Part shown: one piece after another, positions 38,619 through 47,416 of the stretch
Numbering within the stretch: the first letter of the stretch is position 1
Layout: each line of letters begins with the position of its first letter
The notes under the pieces: generated by a model
What the model was told of the DNA's origin: nothing
Database searches by the model: none
Seen by the model: only the letters and a program-made list of their open reading frames with translations
Source: Alphaproteobacteria bacterium
GTDB lineage: Bacteria > Pseudomonadota > Alphaproteobacteria > UBA2966
Direction: 5' to 3'
DNA: 64,000 bases
NCBI GenBank assembly: GCA_964291395.2
Contig: OZ219856.1
Coordinates: 800,001-864,000 of the forward strand
Translations under genes and position numbers: made by a program

Positions 38619-40061
38619 TCAGTCGTCCGTCCGGATCAATGGCTGTTGGCGCGCGTTGAAGCGGACGTCTCTCGCTTTCTTTTGTCGGTCCCATGCCTCT
38701 TTGATATCGCTAGGAATAGACATCGGGTACGGCGTGTATCCCGTTTGCAGTATGAATTTGTACGCCTCGTCCGGGTTGCGGAGCACATGAACGCCCCGCT
38801 TCAGATCCTGTGAATTCACAAAATCGGGCGATCGCTCATACTTCGCGGCGACGAGCTCGGCGGCTTGGTCTGCCTCCACGACGGCCCTTTCCGCCTCCCG
38901 AAGTTTGTCGTCGCTTATAACGTCTCCGCGCGGGTCTTCGGAGGGGACGGCTGTGGAGAACATCTGTCTCGACGCGCGCTCTGCATGGTCCGCGGCCGGT
39001 TGGCGAGGAATCTCCGGCGGCCTAGCGGACGAGGCAGGCTTTGAATCTGTGGCGGACGTGCCGATCACCTGAGTCAGACCCTCGATGACTTGGTCGAGAC
39101 TTTGTTCTGAGCGAGCAGCGATACGGCCGGCTAGGATCGGAGAGAAGTCTTCTACTTGCGCGCGGGTGATCTTGTGCCAAACGGGCAGAATGACCTTGAG
39201 ACCATCGACCTCACGCGCGAGCAGACCGTCCAGCTCGTTCTGCGGCCATTGTTTGCTGAAAAAATGCTGGCTGAGGACGACGACGCCGAATCTCGATTGC
39301 CCCAGGCCATGGTCGATGGCCTCACGCAGACTGTCGCCGACCTTCAGCGTGGATTCGTCGAACCACACTCGCAGGCCGCGTTGCTCAAGGCCCTCGGCCA
39401 GTGGCCTTACAAAATCGTCCTTGTCTTCGCTGGCGTGGCTGATAAAGACATCCCACTCGCCATTCGAGGGGAAGGAGCGGGTGGCTTGTCCATACCGGTA
39501 ACCCTCCGCTTTTAGTCTCGCGTAGCCGTTGGCCGTCAAGATGCACTCCCCACCCCGATCATCCGAGGTGATATTTTCAATCAGGGCACTGCGATCCAGA
39601 TAGTCCAGAAGAAAAAAGAGTTCTTTTTTGTTGATACTCTCGGAATGAGAAAGCAGCCCGAAGTATTCTCTTTCAGGTCTGGTCAGAGTCGTAGGTGATT
39701 TGTCATATAGGTCGAGAAAGACGCGATATGTGACCTCATCCCCTAGATGGTCCGACCTTGTTTCTAGATATAAAAGTATGCCGTGAGCACGCTCGGGAAT
39801 TCCTAGAGGTTTTCTTCGTTGCACTTCCGAGATCGTTCTGCTGTCAATTTCTGGCCGCACGATGCCCAGACGCCGTTGTTCGACTAGCCATGACGTGAGA
39901 CAGGCTTTAAGGCGATCATCGCAGCTCTCCAGAACTTTCACCGCCGTGCCTGAGATAAAATATTTCCCCCCAGCACGCGGTGAATCCATAAATCGTCCAT
40001 CGCCAAAGCTCGGTGCCTCAATGGCAGGCGTACCCCAAATCGAACACTTAGCGTTCGTCAT
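38619..40061 (-). CDS. TIR-domain protein with uncharacterised N- and C-terminal domains
   Basis: WDVFISHASEDKDDFVRPLAE..VWFDE..GDSLREAID..WPQNELDGL..ILPVWH. Confidence 0.88.
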   Translation of the reverse strand: MTNAKCSIWGTPAIEAPSFGDGRFMDSPRAGGKYFISGTAVKVLESCDDRLKACLTSWLVEQRRLGIVRPEIDSRTISEVQRRKPLGIPERAHGILLYLETRSDHLGDEVTYRVFLDLYDKSPTTLTRPEREYFGLLSHSESINKKELFFLLDYLDRSALIENITSDDRGGECILTANGYARLKAEGYRYGQATRSFPSNGEWDVFISHASEDKDDFVRPLAEGLEQRGLRVWFDESTLKVGDSLREAIDHGLGQSRFGVVVLSQHFFSKQWPQNELDGLLAREVDGLKVILPVWHKITRAQVEDFSPILAGRIAARSEQSLDQVIEGLTQVIGTSATDSKPASSARPPEIPRQPAADHAERASRQMFSTAVPSEDPRGDVISDDKLREAERAVVEADQAAELVAAKYERSPDFVNSQDLKRGVHVLRNPDEAYKFILQTGYTPYPMSIPSDIKEAWDRQKKARDVRFNARQQPLIRTDD

Positions 40062-40097
40062 GCGATTCTCTCTGGTCCCAAGCGGCCGCGGCCCCGT

Positions 40098-40664
40098 TCA
40101 TCTCTCGGTGTGAGATAGCCCCAGAATCTCTAGGACCCAATGCAGATCAGCGTCATGTTGGGACGCGCGCCGCAGGTCCCCGAGGGTGAAACGCTGTCCT
40201 AGTGCATCGGCGGACTCTGGTTTGTCATATGTTGGCCATCGCCCTCGAAGGAACCTTTCTGCACTACGTGCCGGCACGAATCGCCTTTCGTTCCCCGGGT
40301 AGAGGCGAAACAGCAACCCTTCCAGCTTGGGCCTCAAATGGACTAGCCGCAGGCGCTCCCCGCTCGCGGCTGCCAGCGGATCACGGCCTCGCGCTCGGTC
40401 TTCTTCGATGCGATCAGTGTCCAGAAGAATCAAGCCGGCTTCATACTGACCGAAAAGCTTGGAGCGATCGCGGTATTGGTCCACGGCATACTCCACGACC
40501 ATGAGGCTGTCCCCTCCACCGGCGACACACACATCGAGATGGATATGTAGGTTCTCCGCTTGGTCACAAAGACGCTGCAGCCATGTTGCAAAAGCTCGTT
40601 CGCTTTCACCTTCAGCACCGACAAAGAAACGTCTCCGCTTCTGAACAAGTCGTCGTCGCGCCAC
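40098..40664 (-). CDS. RloB-like (TOPRIM-fold) protein
   Basis: FFVGAEGESE, GGDS, LLDTD; directly downstream of AAA ATPase. Confidence 0.72.
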   Translation of the reverse strand: MARRRLVQKRRRFFVGAEGESERAFATWLQRLCDQAENLHIHLDVCVAGGGDSLMVVEYAVDQYRDRSKLFGQYEAGLILLDTDRIEEDRARGRDPLAAASGERLRLVHLRPKLEGLLFRLYPGNERRFVPARSAERFLRGRWPTYDKPESADALGQRFTLGDLRRASQHDADLHWVLEILGLSHTER

Positions 40665-40667
40665 TCG

Positions 40668-41882
40668 TCAACCAAAAGATGGTAGTCCGCCCATAATGCC
40701 GCTTCTGTACTGCTTTTGCAGGTTGCTCTCCCGCCGCAGACCGGCAACATCTCGGGCACCATGAACGCGAGTGGCACCATCTGGTCCTTTCTCGACAATG
40801 AACATCTCTTCTTTCTCGAAGTCATCCAAAACGGATAGATTATGAAGAGAACAGAGAAGCTGAGCTTTATTTGGGTTAGTTTCCTTTCGTCGAAACCATC
40901 CCAAGATCTCTATTGCTAGATCCGTGTGAAAATCCGCATCTAAAGCGTCCATAACCGCTAAATGTCCCGTATCTAGGACAAAACGGAGGACAGGAAACTC
41001 TCGGACTAAATGTTGAGTACCAGCCGATTCGTTCGGCAAAACAACGTCTGCATCCAGGCCATGATGTTTAAAGGCTAGCAACCATTTCCCCTCTGGAAGT
41101 CTTTCGAGCTGCATGTTTTCGATCCCAAGGTCAAAACGTTGCAACTTATCTGAAATTTGGTCCACCAGAGTTTGATGGTCTCGGTAAACGTGGGTCACCG
41201 TATCAATATCGGGCATCCATGAGTCGGGGCCATCAATAATCACCCTTACGTTGCCGAAGTCTTCAGCCATCTCGGCAAACGACTCCACACCCATTCTCGC
41301 GAGGGTTGCAATTACTGATGCGTTTGGAGGAATGGAGGTGAGCCGGTCGTCGCGAGGACGCACCTTCATTGCTTTGGCAATATAGATTGGCTCCCCACGA
41401 CGCCGTTCCATGATGCGTCGAGGGCGTCCTCTCGGAAAATAATGCAATGCCTCGTAATTTACCGCTGTGGGTATGATGCTACGTGGGTCTTCTCGCACAA
41501 GCTCCAGGGTGTACCGGTATAAAGAAGCTGCTTCCCCCGACCCGTGATCTAGCCACCGAGCGTCAAATTCTACCTCGACCCGCGTGGGTGCGGTTCGCGT
41601 TGTCGACGCCAGAAACGGCAGAAAATATGGAATGTCGCCGGATCGGGCATTGTCGAATGAAGTTGCCACAAAGTGTATGGTCGCCCCTATGGCACGCAGC
41701 AAAGCCGTCTTGCCGGATCCATTTGGACCGACCAGCGCAACCACACTCGGCAGACGAATCTCGGGTCGCGAGTGACTTCTCCGGAAGCATGGTTTCTCTG
41801 GCGTCGTGCCCGGAATGCGCAGATCGAGCTCGACAGCCTCTCGTATGGATTGGAAATTGCTGATGCGGAATCTATGGATCAT
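40668..41882 (-). CDS. RloA/AbiLi-like AAA (ABC-type) ATPase
   Basis: ISNFQSI, GPNGSGKT, ESAGT, QLLCSLHN, YRSGIMGGLP. Confidence 0.85.
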   Translation of the reverse strand: MIHRFRISNFQSIREAVELDLRIPGTTPEKPCFRRSHSRPEIRLPSVVALVGPNGSGKTALLRAIGATIHFVATSFDNARSGDIPYFLPFLASTTRTAPTRVEVEFDARWLDHGSGEAASLYRYTLELVREDPRSIIPTAVNYEALHYFPRGRPRRIMERRRGEPIYIAKAMKVRPRDDRLTSIPPNASVIATLARMGVESFAEMAEDFGNVRVIIDGPDSWMPDIDTVTHVYRDHQTLVDQISDKLQRFDLGIENMQLERLPEGKWLLAFKHHGLDADVVLPNESAGTQHLVREFPVLRFVLDTGHLAVMDALDADFHTDLAIEILGWFRRKETNPNKAQLLCSLHNLSVLDDFEKEEMFIVEKGPDGATRVHGARDVAGLRRESNLQKQYRSGIMGGLPSFG

Positions 41883-42237
41883 AATCCGATCATAGCATTT
41901 TTCCGTCACTATAGCAAATTAATACCAAAATTTTTTGCATTTTTATGTGTTCCGATACCGGGAGGTCCAGGTGGCCGTCCGTACGCTGTCGGCATCTCAT
42001 TCCACCGGGCCCTGGCAGTGGACAGACTGCGCCACCTAGGCCGACGGGTCGAGCCCACCACCACAAACATGAAGCCATGGGGAGCGTCTAGGAGTGCCGA
42101 GGACGCCTCTTGGCAGAATCCCCCTGGCCGGAGCCTAAAGGGCCTCAGACGCCGCTCCTGTCCAATCGCATCTCCTGCACCCGGCGCCCGCAGAAATCCA
42201 TGAAGCGCCTGGAGACCTGCATCGCCTCTAGCCATCT

Positions 42238-42567
42238 TCACTCACGAGCTGGACCGGCCGGTGGGTAGTGGATGAGGCCCAGGGACCGCAGGCTGCCGCG
42301 CGTGTTGTTGAAGGCGCCGGCGCCCGCCTCGTAGCCGGCTAGAAACCCGTCGTCGTCGAACCAGCGGTCGTGCCTCGCCTCGGTGAGCACCACGTGTACC
42401 CTGTTGCGTAAAGTGACCTGGAGCACCTGAAGAGGCGTGTACAGGACCTCGGAAAGACGCGTGTTCAGAGCATAAAGATCGAGCGCACGGTCACGATCGC
42501 CGGCGGCCCAGCCGAGATACCTGGAAAAACGCTCAAGAGACAGGGTGGCTTCAAAATCGGAATTCAC
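42238..42567 (-). pseudogene. Truncated Abi-like (AbiD/F, HEPN) protein fused to unrelated tail
   Basis: LSLERFSRYL..ALDLYALNTRLSEVLYTPLQVLQVTLRNRVH..WFD; HEPN C-terminus missing. Confidence 0.7.
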
Positions 42568-42586
42568 GGCGACACCCCATTCTGGG

Positions 42587-42676
42587 GTTGTCCTCTCATC
42601 GGTGTGGACCTATATCTTCCCACGGACACCCCGGTACCGCCTCTGCCCTCGGCACGCGGCCGGGGTAAATTTTTCT
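42587..42676 (+). ncRNA. Candidate small RNA: promoter, hairpin and T-tract, divergent from Abi gene
   Basis: GTTGTC-N17-CTATAT; stem ACCCCGG/CCGGGGT, CCGC/GCGG, TGCC/GGCA (42628-42666); then AAATTTTTC. Confidence 0.45.
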
Positions 42677-42778
42677 TGGGGTAAGCCCGTCCTCTCCCTG
42701 CCGAGTCTTTCCGCCCCAGTACGTCTTCGCGCCGGCGCTCGCGCTGACGTTGTAGATCCTCCTGAGCCCCCGTCTCCC

Positions 42779-43120
42779 TCATAACTGCCCTATTTCCCTG
42801 CTGCTGTCTTCAGCAGATACAGCTGCAGACGCGCCATCTCCCGGTTCGACGATGAGCCGTCCTCGCCCGCGCCTGACCAGGTAGCCGCCGCGCCTGATCC
42901 GGAGCCTGTCTTGCTGGACGAGCGGCCAGAGCGCGTCCGTGATCGTCTCGATATTCTTGTCCGCCTTTTCGACCTTCGCCTGCGAGGCAAGCCACTCGGC
43001 GAACGCCCGCTCTCCGATATCGGGGCCCACCGACTTGCGCAGCACGTTCAGCTTACGGAACTGCCCCTTTGTCAGCGTGCTCTCGTCAATCGAGCTCGCG
43101 GTTGTCCCGAAATCCGTCAT
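42779..43120 (-). CDS. Hypothetical small basic protein
   Basis: IDESTLTKGQFRKLNVLRKSVG..GGYLVRRGRGRLIVE; purine-rich RBS. Confidence 0.6.
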   Translation of the reverse strand: MTDFGTTASSIDESTLTKGQFRKLNVLRKSVGPDIGERAFAEWLASQAKVEKADKNIETITDALWPLVQQDRLRIRRGGYLVRRGRGRLIVEPGDGASAAVSAEDSSREIGQL

Positions 43121-43521
43121 CAGGTTACCCCTTCTCATGCCTTCACTTCGTATGTCATGTCGGCTTTCCTGCCGCGCCGGCGATCTCCTCGGGATAGGTA
43201 ACATTCGCCTATTTAGCGCAGAACTCCACTACCCACCACCAAATGTTGTGGCGAAACTGCGGCGGTTTGACTAGGCTCGAATGAGAAACCGCGCCTGTTG
43301 GCGACTGGCGCGGCCCTCAAAAGGTTGCCCTGGGAGATGTGCCGTCTCCAAGGGCAGGCATTCGGTTAGCCGCCGAGCTCAAGTGCAGGAGCAAGCAAGC
43401 GTGAATGCCCTTGGAGATTTGCCCAGGTGCCCGCTCTTTCCACCCCTTCCCCGAAAGGTTTTGCCGGCGATTCGGCCCGGCCTCCGGTCCACGGAAGAGA
43501 ACGGCAAGAGGAGGGTGTGTG

Positions 43522-43851
43522 ATGACTCGTGCGCCTGATTTCGGGGATGCCACCTTGAGCACAACCACTCTGGACCACTGGCCGGCCATATACGGCCCAA
43601 CGCCGCCGGGCGAGGAGGTGGCGTCCGCCGCGGTGGAGAAGAGCCTCGCGGTCAAGCTGAACCAGGCCTACATCGCATGGCTCAGGCGCGCCGTCCTGCC
43701 GGAGGACCCGACCGACTGGGCGCGGATGGCGGTCATAAGGGACTGGCGCTCGTTCCGCAAACGCTATCTCGCCCTGGAGGTCATCGAGGGCGGCAAGGCG
43801 GGCCTGTCCGGAGGGGAGGCGCGCCATGAGCGCATTACGGACGGTGCCTGA
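43522..43851 (+). CDS. Hypothetical protein (phage-like)
   Basis: GAGGAGG RBS; LEVIEGGK motif. Confidence 0.45.
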   Translation: MTRAPDFGDATLSTTTLDHWPAIYGPTPPGEEVASAAVEKSLAVKLNQAYIAWLRRAVLPEDPTDWARMAVIRDWRSFRKRYLALEVIEGGKAGLSGGEARHERITDGA

Positions 43852-44004
43852 GGGCGGACTGGCCATGCCTTCAGGCGCTCAGGCCGCCGGGCGGGGTCTC
43901 CATGTGAGAAAACTAAGCCACCCCGCCCGGCAGCTGATACCGGTTCCCGGGGAGCCGAGGACCAGGTCCGGAAGGTTAACGATGCGCCCTTTGGATGAGA
44001 CGGC

Positions 44005-44160
44005 ATGATCGGCCGCCTCTTCTATGTGGCTCTGGGCTTCTCGATCGGATGGGTTGTTTTCGACCATCCGATGATCGCCAATGAGGTCTGGGAGAGTATG
44101 AGCCCGCTTGTGGAACAGTTTGTGTCCGTGCTCGCGGCTCTGGTGGCCCGTCTCGCATGA
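44005..44160 (+). CDS. Small hydrophobic protein (51 aa)
   Basis: MIGRLFYVALGFSIGWVVFDHP..; below ORF-track cut-off. Confidence 0.4.
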   Translation: MIGRLFYVALGFSIGWVVFDHPMIANEVWESMSPLVEQFVSVLAALVARLA

Positions 44161-44173
44161 GCACCCGCCTCCA

Positions 44174-45055
44174 TCAGGGCAGGAGGCGTTTCATACGGTC
44201 CAAAATGCCAGGCGAAATGTCTTGCAAGCTGTCCGGAACGGCGTTCCGCCAAGCCTCACGCCACGAGTCTGGAATGTCCTCCCAGCCAGGCAAATCAGGA
44301 ACATATTTTTTGTACTCTCTCCATTCCTTGCCAGGATAACTCTTCCACGTCCCAACTGCGTGCTCCACTGCCAGATCGGGCCTCACGCAATAATCGATGA
44401 GCTCGCTTCCTACCTCCGCTTCCGGCGTGCCGGCTGCCTTCTGGATTTCATCCATATCCCGGATGGTCGCGCACAGGTCCTTGATTTCCCACATGGTGAG
44501 ACCGCCGACGATGGCGATGCCTGCGTAGGGCAGGGCTTTCCCCGGTGCCGTGAGGATGCTCCGGCCGACCGATGCGACCAGACGGTCCCGAGACTGTTTC
44601 GCGGCCTTGCCGCTCGTCGTTCTCAACGCTGCCAGTTTCCTGCCCTGCCTTACCGAATCGGTGTGTAAGTCGTTCAAAGCCTTGCTCCGCTTCGCGGCGG
44701 CCGCTCTCAGGGCGGTAATCTCCTTTCGCTGCTTCGCCGTAAGAGCTTTCAACGCGGCAATCTCCCGGCGCTGCGTTGCCGCAACCCCTCTCAAGGCGGA
44801 CAGCTCCCCGCGCTGCTTTGCGGCAACAGCTTTCGAGGCGGCCAAGGCTCTAGCCTGCTTCGCGGAAGCAGCCTTCGCGGCGGTCAAGGCCCTGCGCTGC
44901 GTTACTGCAGCGGTGGTGAGGCCGAACGCTCCATCCACGAACTCATCGACGATGCTGTAGACGACCCCGCCGACAAACAACGTCACATTGGCGACGAGAG
45001 ACGCCACCAATGCAGTCGCCACGACAAGGCTGCGCGACAAGCGGACGGCTTTCAT
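44174..45055 (-). CDS. Membrane-anchored coiled-coil protein with 14-aa repeats
   Basis: N-terminal TM; about seven xAxKQRxELxALKA units; GGAG RBS. Confidence 0.7.
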   Translation of the reverse strand: MKAVRLSRSLVVATALVASLVANVTLFVGGVVYSIVDEFVDGAFGLTTAAVTQRRALTAAKAASAKQARALAASKAVAAKQRGELSALRGVAATQRREIAALKALTAKQRKEITALRAAAAKRSKALNDLHTDSVRQGRKLAALRTTSGKAAKQSRDRLVASVGRSILTAPGKALPYAGIAIVGGLTMWEIKDLCATIRDMDEIQKAAGTPEAEVGSELIDYCVRPDLAVEHAVGTWKSYPGKEWREYKKYVPDLPGWEDIPDSWREAWRNAVPDSLQDISPGILDRMKRLLP

Positions 45056-45290
45056 GCGTTACTCCTCTCCTTACCCTTCTCCAAGCATACCCCGGCACGC
45101 TCCTCGCAATAGCTGCGGCCGGTCACGGAGGGTTTGCCGCAGACCTCCCAGTGCCAGGCTTTGCTCGTGGCTTCCCAGCGCCATCCGTTGCCGCACCCGG
45201 AGCGGCAGGGGAGGGGAGGGACGCCCGTTCACCGGCTTTCTCCGCCCTCTCACGGCCACGGGTCGGCCTCCGGCACGGGGTAGATCCTCC

Positions 45291-45735
45291 TTACCAGACG
45301 ACAGCCATGGCTCCCACCGCCACCAGCAGCCATTGCGCCACCCGGCGGTAGAGCGCGGCCGACGTGCCGCGAAAGACCCGTGAGCCGATCCAGACGGTCG
45401 CCAGGTAGGCCGGCAAATAGAGCGATATCTTCAACAGGTCGCTCGCCGCCAGGCCGCCTGCGGCTGCGAGGTAGCCAAAGCCCGCCATGGTGAGGGCGCC
45501 GATGACGACGATCAGGTTGGCCCGAACCGCCGCGACGGGCTCTGTCGAGGAGATCAGATAGAGCGTGGCGATCGCACCGCCCACGCCGCCGAGCCCCGTC
45601 GCCAGTCCGCTGGCGGCGCCGACAATGCCATTGATCGCCGTCGTCCGGGGTCCCCGCCAACTCCAGCCATGGAGCATGGAGAACCCGGCGGCCAGCACGA
45701 ACAACCCGATCCCCCCGCGGATCCGACCCGTCCCC
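45291..45735 (-). pseudogene. TauE/SafE (TSUP) transporter, 5'-truncated
   Basis: GAASGLATGLGGVGG..VRANL..YRRVAQWLL; cut at repeat C. Confidence 0.7.
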
Positions 45736-45807
45736 CAGCCGATCCGTGTAGACGGCCTCGATGTCGAGCTTTACGCCACTGTCCGCCGCTGCCGCGTCCT
45801 CGCCGAG
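45736..45807 (+). repeat. 72-bp direct repeat C, copy 1
   Basis: Matches 47271..47342 with 2 mismatches. Confidence 0.92.
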
Positions 45808-45891
45808 ATGCTGAGCGACTGTGCGGTGATGCGGCAGGCTCGGGCGTGCCCTGATCACAAGACCAGGTAGGGCCAGCAAGCCCACATCGGT

Positions 45892-46311
45892 TCAGGAGAA
45901 GGGAGTCTGGCCCTCTATCAATTCGTGGGTGCAATCGAGCGGCGGAATACGCGCCAGGATGCCGCTTCGTATGCTCGGCGGCCGCTTGTTACGCTCCACG
46001 AACCCATCGCTTCGCGACAGCCACGTCCGGACTGCTACAAGAACATCGCTGACGTGGCATGCCGGATCCAGGTCGCCGAACAGGTATGTGAATCGGTCGC
46101 GATGCGAGAACGCAACAACGCAGGGGCGCAAACACTGACTCATGCAGCGTACGCGGCGCAGATTGAAAGGTGGCGGCAATACTGCATCGGATAGGGACTA
46201 TTGCAATGCACTCGCCAGCACCGCGCCGGGGCGCTCGCGGTTTGCAGTGTCTTGCCAGCCCTGCGGTCGACAGCGCGTGCATACCGAAATGGCCGGTAGC
46301 TCAATATTCAT
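45892..46311 (-). pseudogene. DUF1636 metal-binding protein with in-frame TAG at 46200-46198
   Basis: VCTRCR..PGAVLASALQ*..RCMSQCLRPCVVAF..TYLFGDLDP..GILARIPP. Confidence 0.75.
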
Positions 46312-47021
46312 GATAGCGGCGTCTCGTGTTCGACGCCTCTCGGCCACGGCTCCGGAGATGCGGCCGATGGCTTGTTGAGGGAGAGCAGCAATCGCGTGCA
46401 GCCGGTGCCCGCGATCGGCGGCGAACGGTGCACGATTCCGCTGCCTGATCCGGCGGAGTTTCCCTTGAAAAACGCCACGTCGTTGCTGCGGATGTGCTCT
46501 AACGGTCCTTTGAACAGCTTCTGTGCGTGCAATGCCCGCTCGGCGTGGATCGGTTGGACCCACTCGGTGGCGGGACCGCGGTACGTTGTCAGGAGGCGCG
46601 CCTCCACGCAGTCCTGGTGGAACTTCCAGCAGGCATCGTTGCTGATGCGCTTCAGCCTTACATCAACGAGATCACTTCGGGCGATGCCGGCAAAAGCCGA
46701 GACGAGATCATCGACGTCCCCGATCAGCAGGTCTCGCATGTCTCCCGGAGGCATACCACAGTGGTCCAATTGCGGTTCCATCGCTCGTCGAAGGTCGCTC
46801 GGTTGGACAAGAACACGAAGGTCAGGAAGACACGAGGCATCCATTCGGTCGAGCCAGGTTTGCAGGCACAAGGGAAGCGCGCGCCGCCAGATCACGAGCC
46901 TTATGTTGGGCTTGTTGATGGCGGCAAGGCCTTCCGCCGCGTCGCACGTCGCGATGTCCACGCCCGACGTGGCGGAGGTCCTGACGGACTTATCTTCCAG
47001 GGATACCGACGGGACGGTCAT
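46308..47021 (-). CDS. DUF1826-family protein
   Basis: IWRR, CWKFHQD..RLLTTYRGPATEW, GIVHRSPP..RLLL. Confidence 0.85.
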   Translation of the reverse strand: MTVPSVSLEDKSVRTSATSGVDIATCDAAEGLAAINKPNIRLVIWRRALPLCLQTWLDRMDASCLPDLRVLVQPSDLRRAMEPQLDHCGMPPGDMRDLLIGDVDDLVSAFAGIARSDLVDVRLKRISNDACWKFHQDCVEARLLTTYRGPATEWVQPIHAERALHAQKLFKGPLEHIRSNDVAFFKGNSAGSGSGIVHRSPPIAGTGCTRLLLSLNKPSAASPEPWPRGVEHETPLS

Positions 47022-47044
47022 AACGGCTCGGTCCGCTTCCGATT

Positions 47045-47063
47045 AATGCAATATTATAACATT
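47045..47063. promoter_or_regulatory. Zur box
   Basis: AATGCAATATTATAACATT vs consensus AATGTTATAnTATAACATT; upstream of DUF1826. Confidence 0.7.
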
Positions 47064-47079
47064 ATATATTCAAAGCGCA

Positions 47080-47217
47080 ATGGACATCGAGGCCATGACG
47101 CTCCCGTCGACCGGCCTCGGCCCTGCACCGATTCCAACCGCCGCGGGCAGCATGCGCCGGTTGAACGGGTTGCGCTGGCGATGTCCCTCTGCAGCGCGCG
47201 CGGAGTACAGCTTACGA
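47080..47217 (+). pseudogene. Fur/Zur regulator N-terminal fragment
   Basis: ERVALAMSLCSARGVQLT resembles alphaproteobacterial Zur N-terminus; truncated. Confidence 0.4.
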
Positions 47218-47270
47218 CTGAAGCCGTTTCAGGGGCGCCGTGATCAGACCGGGTGCCGGCTTGTGGCCCG

Positions 47271-47342
47271 CAGCCGATCCGTGTAGACGGCCTCGATGTC
47301 GAGCTTCACGCTACTGTCCGCCGCTGCCGCGTCCTCGCCGAG
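47271..47342 (+). repeat. 72-bp direct repeat C, copy 2
   Basis: Matches 45736..45807. Confidence 0.92.
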
Positions 47343-47416
47343 TTTGATCTGGGCGGGTGTGAGCTGGACGCCGGCGGCCACGATCGCGTCCTCGAGGCGA
47401 AGCGTGTGGTGACGAG

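Noticed and set aside
46198-46200. Pyrrolysine recoding of the TAG in DUF1636
   Set aside because: Non-catalytic linker position and no pyl genes seen; nonsense mutation is simpler
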